Source: a bacterium
GTDB lineage: Bacteria > Hinthialibacterota > Hinthialibacteria > Hinthialibacterales > Hinthialibacteraceae
Direction of reading: 5' to 3'
DNA: 64,000 nucleotides
Assembly: GCA_963663405.2 (NCBI GenBank)
Contig: CAXXSM010000122.1
Location: 89,955 to 153,954 of the forward strand
The notes below the pieces were generated by a model, which was not told the DNA's origin, did no database searches, and was given only the letters and a program-made list of their open reading frames with translations. Position numbers and translations under genes: made by a program. Every line of letters begins with the position of its first letter. Position 1 is the stretch's first letter. Below are positions 1 through 9,828 of this stretch, in pieces.

Positions 1-129
1 ATCAAAAGTTACGAAACGGTGAATGATTGTGTGCGCGGACTAACGGATTATTTTCAGTTCTACAATAATGAGCGTCTACACCAAGCCTTGGGATATAAGA
101 CGCCGCTTCAGGTTTATAGAGAACACTAG
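1..129 (+). CDS. IS3-family transposase, C-terminal end (partial, runs off window)
   Basis: Frame 1 reads IKSYETVNDCVRGLTDYFQFYNNERLHQALGYKTPLQVYREH*; YN..R.HQALGY.TP is the IS3 integrase-core C-terminus. Confidence 0.85.
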   Translation: MKSYETVNDCVRGLTDYFQFYNNERLHQALGYKTPLQVYREH

Positions 130-465
130 AAAACTTGACGGTCCAAGAACTTTGCGTTTGAGTTTTTTAAGGCATTGGCAAATGCTCTGGATTATCTTGA
201 AATGATCGAAAAAAGGGGATGATCTGATACGTCTCCCGGGCGACAATCCGTCGCACACGCACCAGGATATCCCTTGACCGGTTGCTCTACAGCAGAGCCG
301 ATCTCCGTTTCTCCTGGTAGTGTATAATATCGGAAAGTTTTATGAGAATCTGGAATCATCATGATTTCCGGATCCCAAATAAGGAGACTTGAGTTGAACG
401 AAATCGAGGTTGAAAACCTACTTTAAATTTCCTTGATTCCTGTCTAGACAATGGGGTACACCTCA
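1..465 (+). mobile_element. Right end of IS3-family insertion sequence
   Basis: Ends ...TGTCTAGACAATGGGGTACACCTCA (441-465), a typical IS3 IRR ending in CA; an interrupted ORF resumes immediately after. Confidence 0.75.
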
Positions 466-466
466 A

Positions 467-940
467 TCTTTTGGCTATAGACTTAAAACCCGTTCAGTAG
501 AAGGAGCGGAAAGGCTCCCTGGTAAAAACAACAGAGCTCTTGCGTTAATCAGCGCCCATTTGAAAGCGCGCTTAGGCATACCACTTTATTGCCAACAAGA
601 GGTAGCGGACGCCGTAAACGATCAAACGCACATTAAACCAGATTATGTAACTCCGGCTAAAGACCTCGGTACGATTGGAGTTCTTGACGCGTTCATGGAA
701 GAAGCAGCCATACAGCGGATAAAAATCGATTCAGCCGTGATTGTCGGGCATGCGCATCACGTAGCTCGCGTTGCCCTTATACTCGCTGAGCACAATATCA
801 CTCCCGTGATCCCTGTTGAATCGTATATAGAGTACGATCCGATGGAAGCCCAGGAACGAGTGGTCAGTGAACACACCTTCATCGTTTCGGAGTGTGTAAG
901 TGTTGCATCTCATCCCCCTTGGAAAAGATCGTTTTCCTAA
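467..940 (+). pseudogene. 5'-truncated hypothetical protein, possibly YdcF/DUF218-like, interrupted by IS3
   Basis: Frame of ORF 560..940 stays open upstream to the IS end (SFGYRLK...PGKNNRALA); AVIVGHAHHVARV resembles the DUF218 motif. Confidence 0.5.
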
Positions 941-991
941 AAAGTATCACTGAATGAAAACAATCTATCCTAAAAAAATACATGCTATATC

Positions 992-1018
992 GCTCCGCCC
1001 TCGGCGGGGCTTCTTTTT
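992..1018 (+). terminator. Rho-independent terminator
   Basis: GCTCCGCC-CTC-GGCGGGGC hairpin followed by TTCTTTTT. Confidence 0.75.
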
Positions 1019-1170
1019 GTGTGCCAGGCATGGCGTGAATCTAGGAGGTGAAAATCCTCTCCAGGCCCTAATGGTGGGAACTGGTAGTCGAAAGCAAGGG
1101 CGTTGTCGCGAGACGGGGTCTGAAGGAAGCTGGAGACAAAAGTCGGACTCGACAAACTGAAATCGGATAA
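1019..1170 (+). mobile_element. 5' fragment of a class C group II intron (start of domain I), truncated by a transposon end
   Basis: Begins GTGTGCCAGGCATGGCG (GUGYG 5' splice consensus) right after a terminator hairpin; includes GGAGGTGAAAATCCTC and CTGAAGGAAGC; no RT ORF or domain V/VI seen. Confidence 0.75.
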
Positions 1171-1310
1171 GGGTACTACGCACATTCGTCCGTAAATGGG
1201 CGCTAGGAAACCTTCACTTTCCTTCGATCCAAGATGTAATCACCATAAAGAATGATATTTTCCCAGGAAATGGGGCTGACATGCTGAATGAAATCGAGGT
1301 CGATGTTGTC
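1171..1310 (-). mobile_element. Tn3-family terminal IR plus last ~35 codons of a tnpA (remnant)
   Basis: IR-like GGGTACTACGCACATTCGTCCGTAAATGGGCGCTAGG; minus strand reads DNIDLDFIQHVSPISWENIILYGDYILDRRKVKVS*, matching the Tn3 TnpA C-terminal SP..W..I...G.Y motif. Confidence 0.75.
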
Positions 1311-1382
1311 GGGGTATGTTCGGAATACGTGTAATAAGTAGTCACTTCAGCCCATTTTCCGAACAGTATGGGTGAGGCCGTG

Positions 1383-2117
1383 TTAAATTCCGATCTCGCC
1401 AACCGCCTGCTGATACGCATTCTCAGTACTCTCCAGCGATAAATGTTGATAAACCTCAAGACTTTTCTTGCTTTCATGTCCGGAAATTAATTGGATTTGC
1501 GCATCCGACAACCCTTTAGATGTAAGATACGTGATCATTTGGTGACGAAAAAGGTGAGGGTGTATCTTTTGCTCGATGCTAGCCTCTTTGCGGTATTCTT
1601 GTACGATTTGCTGCACCCGCCGCGTAGTAAAAGGCCCATTCCGGGTGGTTTCAAACAGGTACACATTCGCAGGGTTGCTCTTGAGATAGGTTTTTAAGAC
1701 TAATCGAAAATTTTCCGGAAAGAGAATATACCGGTCTCGAAATCCTTTTCCTTGCTGGATGAAAATCTTGCAGTTTTCAATATCGATATCACTGACTTTT
1801 ATCTTGACGAGTTCGCTCACTCGCAGGGCGGTATAAAAAAGGAATTTCAGCATAATCTCATGCTGTAGATTCCCGCACTGCTGAATGATCTTAAAGAAAC
1901 GTTTGAGTTCGGAGTCGGGCAGAAGTTGAGGCAGAATGCGTTTTCTTTTGGGTCTTTTCAATCCTAACTGCTTGCGGGCTTCCTGGCAAACATAGATAAA
2001 ACCATCGTAATCAAGATGGGCTTTTCGCGCCAAGCGAACGATTTGGCTTACGGTTTTCGATTTCGCATTTTCGTTTGCGGATACGAAATTGGAAGCCTTT
2101 TTTGTTCTTTTTGCCAT
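1383..2117 (-). CDS. Tyrosine recombinase (TnpI-like resolvase)
   Basis: ALRVSEL, GKG, HLFRH, SGH, EVY catalytic R-K-HxxR-H-Y motifs; 244 aa. Confidence 0.9.
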   Translation of the reverse strand: MAKRTKKASNFVSANENAKSKTVSQIVRLARKAHLDYDGFIYVCQEARKQLGLKRPKRKRILPQLLPDSELKRFFKIIQQCGNLQHEIMLKFLFYTALRVSELVKIKVSDIDIENCKIFIQQGKGFRDRYILFPENFRLVLKTYLKSNPANVYLFETTRNGPFTTRRVQQIVQEYRKEASIEQKIHPHLFRHQMITYLTSKGLSDAQIQLISGHESKKSLEVYQHLSLESTENAYQQAVGEIGI

Positions 2118-2215
2118 GAGTAGAGCCCTTTTTCTTCTGTTTTTATTCGTCTTTTATCTATTCTGCGAAATCATATATTGTTCCCAATTTCCTGTAAAGT
2201 TATCTGAGGATTCCC

Positions 2216-5209
2216 ATGGCTTCAATCGAACGAACGGCTTATCCCTATTTCCACAACCAACTTACGGAACAAGAATTAGAAAACTGCTACGAACTGTCTG
2301 ATCCGGAACGACGTTTTGTCCAGTTGAATGCAAACGGAGCGAGCCAGCGTCTGACATTAATGGTTATGCTCAAAACGCGCCAGCACCTTGGATATTTCCC
2401 CATGCTAAAGCACGTGCCCGAACAAATCCTGGATCACCTTATTAAACAATTCGGCTTTTCTCTACCCCCTCCTTTGCTTGACGAGGATAAACTGAAAAAA
2501 ACACTTCACCGATATCGTAAGGCCATACGAACGTATCTCAACAGCAAACTCTTTTATGCCCAAGAAGGCCGCAAATGTGTTCAAACTGCTGTTCGCCGCG
2601 CGGCTTACACGATGAGTGATCCAGCGGACTTAATTAATGTAGCGATTGAAATACTGGTCAAAGAGAACTTCGAACTACCGGCATTTAGTGCACTGGACCG
2701 CATGGCCGGTCACATCCGCCAAAAAGTTCATCAAGAATTGTATAACAAGATCACTTCAAAACTATCCGCTCAACAGCGACGATCATTGAACACCTTGCTG
2801 GAAATACGCTCCGGAGAATCTCAGACAGATTTCAATCGTCTCAAACAAGCGCCAGGAACTCCTACACTCAAGCATATGCGATGTTGGGCGGGACGGCTCG
2901 CTTGGCTTGACTCGATACTCGATCCAAAACCCTTTTTTGAAGGGATCGCCCATACGAAGATTCGTCAGTTCGCTGCGGAGGCAGAGGCCCTCGAAGTTGG
3001 AGATATGCGAAAAATCCAGCAACCAGGAAAACAGTACACGTTTCTTCTGTGTTTGCTTTACCATGCACAGGTTAGAACTCGAGATAACCTGATTGAAATG
3101 TTTCTCCGGAGAATGCAGCGTTTACATGCAACAGCCGAGGAGCAGTTGCATGTATTACAAGAAAAGCATCGTGTGATCGAAGAAGAAATGATTACCGTTC
3201 TGGCTGAAGTCCTTGATCAGGAGAACGGTGAGTGTTCTGACAAAGTATTAGGCCAACGAGTACGCCAAGTATTGGCTGCACATGGTGGAGTAGACACGCT
3301 GAAGATGCAGTATGAAAAGGTCTCTGCTTATCACCACAACAATTACTTTCCATTGCTGTGGCCCATTCACGCTCGCAATCGAGCCACGTTGTTTCGGTTG
3401 TTGGATTTACTTCAGATTGAGTCGGCCACTCAAGACACCACCTTGCTCGAGGCCCTGGCTTTCATTCGACGTCACCGTCATACACGGCGAGATTATTTAC
3501 CTCATGAAATTGCTCTTGATTTTGCGACTCAACGCTGGCAAGCGTTTGTACAAAAAAAGGTTCGCACCAACAAGGAAGAATCTCTATTGAACCGGCGGTC
3601 GTTGGAAATATGTGTTTTTACTTATATAGCCAAGGCTTTGCGAAGCGGTGATTTGTATGTCGTTGAGTCAGAAGCATATGATGATTACCGCAAACAACTA
3701 CTACCCTGGGAACAATGTCAAACTCGATTGGCGAATTACTGCAACGCGCTTGACATTCCAAACAACGGACATCCGTTCGTAACGCAATTGCGTGAGCAAC
3801 TGATGGAATTTGCTCAGAAGGTCGATAGCAGTTTCCCCGATAACACCGAGTTGAGCATTGATGACAATGGAATTCCTCATTTGAAGAAGCAGGGCGCCTT
3901 ACGTTTACCCGATGGATTTGCCGCGTTTGAAGAAACCGTCAGATCTCGGATGCCGGAACGTCATCTACTTGATATTCTAAAAAACGTCCAGTACTGGACA
4001 GGCTATTCACGGCATTTCGGGCCACCATCGGGAACAGATCCAAAACTCGCCGAGGCGATCAAAAAATATATGTTCACCGTTTTTGGTTACGGCTGCAATC
4101 TGGGAGCCAGCCAAACCGAACGTCACGCTCCAACGGATATCAACCGGCACACGCTACGGCGAATTAACGCACAGCACATTACTACGACCAAACTTGAAGC
4201 GGCTTTGTGCGATATCATTGCAGAGTTTGTCCGCTTCGAACTTCCCCAATTCTGGGGCAGTGGAAACGTGGCGATTGCCGATGGAACTCATATCGCATTA
4301 CGCGAAAACAATCTTCTTGGCGAACGTCATATCCGTTATGGGGAATACGGAGGCATTGCCTATCATCACATCTCTGACATGTACATTGCTTTATTCAGTC
4401 ACTTCATCGCTTGCGGCGTTTGGGAAGCAGTGTACATCCTCGATGGTCTGCTCAAGAACACATCGGCTCTACAACCGAACACTGTTCATGCTGACACGCA
4501 TGGACAAAGTGAACCGGTCTTCGGTTTAGCTAAATTGTTGGGGATCAAACTCTTTCCTCGTATGCGAACATGGAATGACGTTATATTCTATCGCGTAGAC
4601 AAGCAGACCACTTATAAACATATTGATGCGTTATTTACGCAAGTGGTTGACTGGTCATTGATTGAACGGCACTGGCAAGACATGATGCAGGTGGTTCTCT
4701 CGATCCAGGCAGGAAATGTGTTACCATCCATGCTGCTCAGAAAACTCGGTTCGCATAATCGAACCAACAAATTGTACCGGGCTTTCCGGGAACTGGGCCG
4801 AGTCGAGCGCACATTATTTCTTTTACGCTATATTTCTGAACCCGAATTCCGATTTACGATTCGCTCCGAAACGACAAAAATTGAATCCCATAACAGTTTT
4901 CTCGACTGGATATCTTTTGGAGGGCCCATGCTTAAGACAGGTGATCCTGTCGAGCAAGAAAAACAAATCAAATACACGAACCTTATCGCCAATGCGGTTA
5001 TGTTACACAACGTAATAGATCTGACGGAAGTTCTCAATACAATGACAACGGAAGGTTATGTAGTGACATCCGAATTACTCCGTAGGTTGAGCCCATGTAT
5101 GACCAGACACCTCCGCCGTTTTGGCCAATACACTTTGGATATGGAGGCTCGACCCGATCCATTGGTTTTAAATCCATTACAGTTCACCAACAACGAAAAT
5201 CTGAAGTGA
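2216..5209 (+). CDS. tnpA: Tn3-family DDE transposase
   Basis: 997 aa; DGT, HADTHGQS, LYRAFRELGRVERT motifs; stop lies inside the right IR. Confidence 0.95.
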   Translation: MASIERTAYPYFHNQLTEQELENCYELSDPERRFVQLNANGASQRLTLMVMLKTRQHLGYFPMLKHVPEQILDHLIKQFGFSLPPPLLDEDKLKKTLHRYRKAIRTYLNSKLFYAQEGRKCVQTAVRRAAYTMSDPADLINVAIEILVKENFELPAFSALDRMAGHIRQKVHQELYNKITSKLSAQQRRSLNTLLEIRSGESQTDFNRLKQAPGTPTLKHMRCWAGRLAWLDSILDPKPFFEGIAHTKIRQFAAEAEALEVGDMRKIQQPGKQYTFLLCLLYHAQVRTRDNLIEMFLRRMQRLHATAEEQLHVLQEKHRVIEEEMITVLAEVLDQENGECSDKVLGQRVRQVLAAHGGVDTLKMQYEKVSAYHHNNYFPLLWPIHARNRATLFRLLDLLQIESATQDTTLLEALAFIRRHRHTRRDYLPHEIALDFATQRWQAFVQKKVRTNKEESLLNRRSLEICVFTYIAKALRSGDLYVVESEAYDDYRKQLLPWEQCQTRLANYCNALDIPNNGHPFVTQLREQLMEFAQKVDSSFPDNTELSIDDNGIPHLKKQGALRLPDGFAAFEETVRSRMPERHLLDILKNVQYWTGYSRHFGPPSGTDPKLAEAIKKYMFTVFGYGCNLGASQTERHAPTDINRHTLRRINAQHITTTKLEAALCDIIAEFVRFELPQFWGSGNVAIADGTHIALRENNLLGERHIRYGEYGGIAYHHISDMYIALFSHFIACGVWEAVYILDGLLKNTSALQPNTVHADTHGQSEPVFGLAKLLGIKLFPRMRTWNDVIFYRVDKQTTYKHIDALFTQVVDWSLIERHWQDMMQVVLSIQAGNVLPSMLLRKLGSHNRTNKLYRAFRELGRVERTLFLLRYISEPEFRFTIRSETTKIESHNSFLDWISFGGPMLKTGDPVEQEKQIKYTNLIANAVMLHNVIDLTEVLNTMTTEGYVVTSELLRRLSPCMTRHLRRFGQYTLDMEARPDPLVLNPLQFTNNENLK

Positions 5210-5248
5210 CTACTTATTACACGTATTCCGAACATACCCCTTGTTTTG

Positions 5249-6181
5249 TTAAGCCAGTATTTCTTCAAGCGTTTTGAGACTTTTTTTATGCTTGGCGGGA
5301 TTCTTCTCGATCAGTTTTTGTAGATTCTTCTGTTTCCAGCGAACCGCTGGCATGTTCTTCAGAATGGGCGACGGAAATAAATCCCATTCAGGTTCGCCTT
5401 TCTTAAAGCTAATCAAAAACCGTTTGTCTTTGTCACTCATACTCTTGTGAATTTCTTTTACAAGCCTTTCTCGTGTTTCCTCAAATTGTTCGTAGGAGAA
5501 GGGTTCCAATGTCATGCCCTTAAACTTTTTTTCGAACGTATCTTTTTGATCCAGAAAGTTAGGATGGATCATTTCATTAATTGGCCGTCCGCCGCCTAAC
5601 AAAATGGCAAGAAACCCGGTTTTGACGGCATCGGTAATCCCTTCTTTTTGCAAAAGGTTATGAACGTCAAACAAGTCGCGTGGATGCTGGCGGTCCAGTG
5701 CGGCACAGATTTTCCCGCCAAATAGTTCTTGATGGGAGATCACCTTGATCGCTGCGAATTTCTTGAAGGCCGCTTCGACAACATCGGAAACCGGCATAAC
5801 GCGGCTCGGCCATATTTCGCCACGCAACGTCGTATTAACTTCGATAATGATGTCGGCTGTAGAGGGTCTTTGCAGAATGACCGAGAGTTTGGCTTCCGCT
5901 CCATCACTCTGGCTTATGGTTTTAACGTCAACCTCAGGAAGGGCCGATTCCAAACGGTTCTTTATACGTCCCAGACCGTTGGCGATATTCTCCAGGGCGG
6001 TATTTCTACTGTCCAACGGTGTATAGCAAAGATCAATATCGACGGACAAACGAGGCATATCCCAAACAAAAAGATTAATCGCCGTTCCGCCTTTAAGCGC
6101 AAAGATGTCCTCTTCGTCAACGTGGGGCAATACACGCAAGAGAAGGTTCACCTTGGCTTCATAAATTGGATTAATTTTCAC
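5249..6181 (-). CDS. abiEii: AbiEii-family nucleotidyltransferase toxin (type IV TA)
   Basis: LKGGTAINLF..RLSVDIDL and GKICAALDRQHPRDLFD motifs. Confidence 0.92.
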   Translation of the reverse strand: MKINPIYEAKVNLLLRVLPHVDEEDIFALKGGTAINLFVWDMPRLSVDIDLCYTPLDSRNTALENIANGLGRIKNRLESALPEVDVKTISQSDGAEAKLSVILQRPSTADIIIEVNTTLRGEIWPSRVMPVSDVVEAAFKKFAAIKVISHQELFGGKICAALDRQHPRDLFDVHNLLQKEGITDAVKTGFLAILLGGGRPINEMIHPNFLDQKDTFEKKFKGMTLEPFSYEQFEETRERLVKEIHKSMSDKDKRFLISFKKGEPEWDLFPSPILKNMPAVRWKQKNLQKLIEKNPAKHKKSLKTLEEILA

Positions 6182-6945
6182 AATTCCGCCAACTCCTGCG
6201 GTACGCTGATTTTGTATTCCGGTATGTAGACGCCCCCTTTAACAATTGCCCGATCGCCTTTTCCGGTATCAATATGATCTGCATTGAAATATTTAAACCA
6301 TTGATGTCCGGCTTTGCCCGCCATGTACAAAAACAGCCTTTTTACCTTGATGGATTTACAGTCTTCCAGAAGAGGCTGTAAAAGACGTGGACGCAAATTG
6401 GCAAGGCCCTCCATCAGGTGATAGCATTCCACCAAATCGAAATGATCCGGAACAAGATAAAGACATTCAAGTATGGCTCTTTCCGGTTCGGATATTTTGA
6501 GCGTTAGTTGTTCCTTCTGATAGCCGCTGATGCCTTTGCCGGTTGGCAAAAAATTGGTACGCGAGACAAGCACTTCGTTTCCCCAGTCCTGTTCCTGAAA
6601 CCATTTGGGTAACGAGTGGCCACGTGGCATAAAAATATGCGCGATTTCACCGCTCCATCGTAAATAATGGGTGTATCCTTGCAGGGAAAGCGCCGTAAGA
6701 GCCCCGGCATGGGCTTTATGGTCTGTCTGATTTTGTAAAGCGGATAGCGCCGCTTTCCAATCGACTTCGCAGCCTGCCCGTTTATATGCGCCTTGTCCAA
6801 GGCTTTCCAGCCACCCGGTTCGGCGATAATAACGTTGCAAGTCATGCGATATATGGTGAGTATTCAGCCATGACGAAAGACAGACTTGTCCTTTGGGGCA
6901 TAGATCCAGCAACTTCTTTAATTTTGTATCTGAAACCGTAGCCAT
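6178..6945 (-). CDS. abiEi: AbiEi-family antitoxin/transcriptional regulator
   Basis: GWLESLGQGAY, SEPERAILECL, KVKRLFLYMA motifs; 4-nt overlap with abiEii. Confidence 0.88.
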   Translation of the reverse strand: MATVSDTKLKKLLDLCPKGQVCLSSWLNTHHISHDLQRYYRRTGWLESLGQGAYKRAGCEVDWKAALSALQNQTDHKAHAGALTALSLQGYTHYLRWSGEIAHIFMPRGHSLPKWFQEQDWGNEVLVSRTNFLPTGKGISGYQKEQLTLKISEPERAILECLYLVPDHFDLVECYHLMEGLANLRPRLLQPLLEDCKSIKVKRLFLYMAGKAGHQWFKYFNADHIDTGKGDRAIVKGGVYIPEYKISVPQELAEL

Positions 6946-6986
6946 GCTACGAATATACCATTATTTTTAATGTAGAGAAAGACTTC

Positions 6987-7001
6987 ATATCAAATTGATA
7001 T
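6987..7001. promoter_or_regulatory. Palindrome upstream of abiEi, candidate autoregulatory operator
   Basis: ATATCAA-A-TTGATAT about 40 bp upstream of the start; AbiEi proteins are known to bind promoter IRs. Confidence 0.4.
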
Positions 7002-7052
7002 CCAGTTATTTGGGGTGACCGGTAGCAACGGGGCAGGGGAGAGTGATAACTT

Positions 7053-7089
7053 GGGTACTACGCACATTCGTCCGCAAATGGGCGCTAAC
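7053..7089 (+). repeat. Tn3-like terminal IR, direct copy of the 1171 IR
   Basis: GGGTACTACGCACATTCGTCCGCAAATGGGCGCTA differs from 1171-1205 at one position. Confidence 0.85.
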
Positions 7090-7114
7090 GGATTCTCAAT
7101 GATCGATCTTTCTT

Positions 7115-7228
7115 CCCTTTCAAAAAGGTATTACCATTTGATTTTGTTATGAAAGAGGTTTATGCAAGGCGAAAACCGGGGGTTTTAGTGGTTTTGGGAA
7201 TCCTTGCATAAACGAACGTTTTTGAAGG
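7115..7228. promoter_or_regulatory. res site upstream of serine resolvase
   Basis: Inverted GTTTATGCAAGG...CCTTGCATAAAC and CTTTCAAAA...TTTTGAAGG subsites between IR and resolvase. Confidence 0.55.
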
Positions 7229-7237
7229 AATAAAAAC

Positions 7238-7816
7238 ATGATATTTGGGTACAGCCGCATCTCAAAAGGAGACGACCAGAATTCCAAGTTGCAAGTCCAA
7301 GCATTCAAAAAGGCAAAGGTCGAGAAGGTCTTTCATGAAACGGCTTCGGGAGGCCGTTGGGATAGACCCAAACTACATGAAATGCTTGGGCAACTCAGAA
7401 AAGGTGATGTTGTTGTTGTCTGGAAACTCGACCGTCTTTCACGTTCACTGAAAGACCTCCTTGCTATTATGGAATGTATCAGCAACGCTGGAGCCGGATT
7501 CAAGAGCCTGACCGAATCCATAGATACCACAACCCCAGCAGGCCGGATGATGATGCAAATGGTGGGTTCCTTTGCAGAGTTTGAACGAGAAATGATCCGC
7601 GAACGCACCAAGGCTGGGCTGGATGCCGCTCGTAAAGAAGGCCGCATTGGTGGTCGAAAACCAAAACTCCGCCACGATCAGAAGAAAGATGTGGCAGAGA
7701 ATGTTCTGTCAGGGAGAAAGACACAGGCGCAAATGGCACGGCTCTACGATGTCAGCGAGGCCACGATTTCAAGGATTGTGACCCGACTCAGGCAAAAATA
7801 TGGACTAATTGAATAG
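7238..7816 (+). CDS. tnpR: Serine resolvase/invertase
   Basis: GYSRIS catalytic Ser, KLDRLSRS, IDTTTPAGR, C-terminal HTH. Confidence 0.93.
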   Translation: MIFGYSRISKGDDQNSKLQVQAFKKAKVEKVFHETASGGRWDRPKLHEMLGQLRKGDVVVVWKLDRLSRSLKDLLAIMECISNAGAGFKSLTESIDTTTPAGRMMMQMVGSFAEFEREMIRERTKAGLDAARKEGRIGGRKPKLRHDQKKDVAENVLSGRKTQAQMARLYDVSEATISRIVTRLRQKYGLIE

Positions 7817-8011
7817 GTTTTGAGTCGGATCAAAAAAAGTGGCGGATCTGGTATCTTTGATGGATTTAACCCTTCATCGTATTAACCTCACTTGTTAAGA
7901 GGCCAATCGTACTCAATCCGGAAGCGTTATTGTAAACAGAATTTTTCTGGGAGGTGGGGATGTTTGGATTGGGCAGGAAGTGAGGGCAACCTCACCTCCT
8001 ACCCAATAAGA

Positions 8012-9736
8012 TTAATAATCATCTGGTCCTTTAAGCATTGCGTAGAGCAAGTCACCGACAATCATAAATTTCACAAGTCCAGCGTTCCCTGCCACCGGCT
8101 TTACTTCTTTCGTTGAGCCCCATTGAAAAATAAGTTGACAGATCACATTATCACCGCCTTCATTGTTCATAAAGATCGTACAAAGATATGTAGCTGCTCG
8201 ATCAACGCTATCGCCTTCGCCCCATTTGGGAATACGAAGGATCTCGAGACGCTTCCCTGCTCGTAAGTCTCCTTCCGCTATGGAAAAACTCTGCTCATTC
8301 AAACGTTGAGGCTGTGCTGGCAAAGCATCCGCTTGGCTCTGAGCCAAAGTAAGCTGTTTTTGAAGTGCCGAAAAATCCGCAGACGCATATCGCTCGAGGT
8401 GTACTACGTTTACCTCCCAACAGCCGGGGGCTTCTGTGGAAACATCCTCGCGGCTTTCTTTCAAGGTATGAGTTGTCTTCAGCTGGCGTGCACTCCAGCT
8501 CATAATCTTCTCGTAGGCTCCTTCACTAATTTCATATAAGTTTAGAGCTGTTGGGATCGTAATTTGACCGTCGACTATTTCTTTTTTGTATTTCTCGGAT
8601 AGATATTCCTTGCTACTCGAAGTATCTATATTGGCAGACATATTTGCACTCAACCACAAGAACTTTGCAGCACCACTGGCTTTGACGGAGACGGAATTGC
8701 TCTCGCTAGTTTGAAGAAGATCCTTATTCTCATTTTCAAAGGAGTTGATTACACTTTCTTTGACACCCTTTGAATTGAGATAATCCCGAATGATGTCCCA
8801 ATCTCGTTCGGCTTTAAAATCTACTTTTATTTCCTGGAACATCTCGGTCATAAGCGATTCAATCCAGCTGAGAAAGGTTTTATTATCCTCTGTATCTACA
8901 TCCATGGATCTAAACAAAACGTCTTTTGAAGCCGTGAGAACCTCCTCAATCTGCGCCTTTTGAAGTTTGTCGACAAACCTTGGTTTGAGTGAGTGTCGAA
9001 CATCATTGTCACTGATGGAACTACTCGCATCGATAATAGACTGGACTGCTTTCGCGACTTGTATTCGACCATCTGCACTTTGGTCGCTGACCCAGGCTTC
9101 AGCATAGAGACGTTGCGTAATAATAAAACGTGCATTACCTTCTTCTACCCATTTCTTGAACGTATCAGCGTCTTGTTGGTTCTCAACCAATGCATCCAAA
9201 AAGATCAGCTGGGATTTAGGATAATAACGTTCAAAACTAGCGAAATGATAATCCTTAATCATATTCGGTGTGATATCCTCCACGCGTACATAGTAGAGTT
9301 CTGCAGGATTGACATTCGCCGGTGTGATACCTGGGACTATGTTGTGTCGGTTCAGCAATGCTGCAATCTTATAGCGTGTCCCGACTGGATTCTTGGCAAG
9401 TTTAATTGTGCACTGGCGGGTATGCCGCTGGTTCTCCACAGATTTAAACGGAATTTCACGAATGGTTACATCTACCAGCCCATTTTCCTCCAGGATAAAA
9501 TGCCAAGGCGCCGTGTATAATACATTCATTCCCGTTGGATCACCGGGCATTCTGAAAATTTGAATATCGAGTCCGTCGATACGAACGGTCGCCAACCAGT
9601 TACCAACAACTTGGGTGAAATGTTCATTTATGCCGACGTCTGTTTGGCTTGCGGAACATCTCATGAAAATTGTGTTAGAGAACATGAACATGAGAGTAAA
9701 AGCTAACGTTGTAATGACATTTCGTGTTTTAATCAT
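8012..9736 (-). CDS. Secreted hypothetical protein (~574 aa)
   Basis: RBS GAAAGGA then ATG at 9736; N-terminal signal peptide; no recognised domain. Confidence 0.7.
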   Translation of the reverse strand: MIKTRNVITTLAFTLMFMFSNTIFMRCSASQTDVGINEHFTQVVGNWLATVRIDGLDIQIFRMPGDPTGMNVLYTAPWHFILEENGLVDVTIREIPFKSVENQRHTRQCTIKLAKNPVGTRYKIAALLNRHNIVPGITPANVNPAELYYVRVEDITPNMIKDYHFASFERYYPKSQLIFLDALVENQQDADTFKKWVEEGNARFIITQRLYAEAWVSDQSADGRIQVAKAVQSIIDASSSISDNDVRHSLKPRFVDKLQKAQIEEVLTASKDVLFRSMDVDTEDNKTFLSWIESLMTEMFQEIKVDFKAERDWDIIRDYLNSKGVKESVINSFENENKDLLQTSESNSVSVKASGAAKFLWLSANMSANIDTSSSKEYLSEKYKKEIVDGQITIPTALNLYEISEGAYEKIMSWSARQLKTTHTLKESREDVSTEAPGCWEVNVVHLERYASADFSALQKQLTLAQSQADALPAQPQRLNEQSFSIAEGDLRAGKRLEILRIPKWGEGDSVDRAATYLCTIFMNNEGGDNVICQLIFQWGSTKEVKPVAGNAGLVKFMIVGDLLYAMLKGPDDY

Positions 9737-9774
9737 TTCCTTTCCTTTCGAAAACAAAATTAATCAGATGCCTG

Positions 9775-9828
9775 AAAAAACGGGGATTCATCGCAACGAG
9801 TCGGGGGGGCGACCTGCGCTGAATCCCC
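9775..9828 (-). terminator. Long hairpin with U-tract between the two secreted-protein genes
   Basis: GGGGATTCA...TGAATCCCC stem with inner GTCG/CGAC stem, followed by TTTTTT on the minus strand. Confidence 0.55.

Larger units (their letters stand above)
1311..5240. mobile_element. Complete Tn3-family transposon carrying a tyrosine recombinase and TnpA
   Basis: Perfect 40-bp IRs GGGGTATGTTCGGAATACGTGTAATAAGTAGTCACTTCAG at 1311-1350 and 5201-5240; flanks TTGTC / TTGTT. Confidence 0.93.

Noticed and set aside
954-1477. Short ORFs overlapping the intron fragment and IRs
   Set aside because: No RBS or recognisable motifs; region explained by non-coding mobile-element sequence
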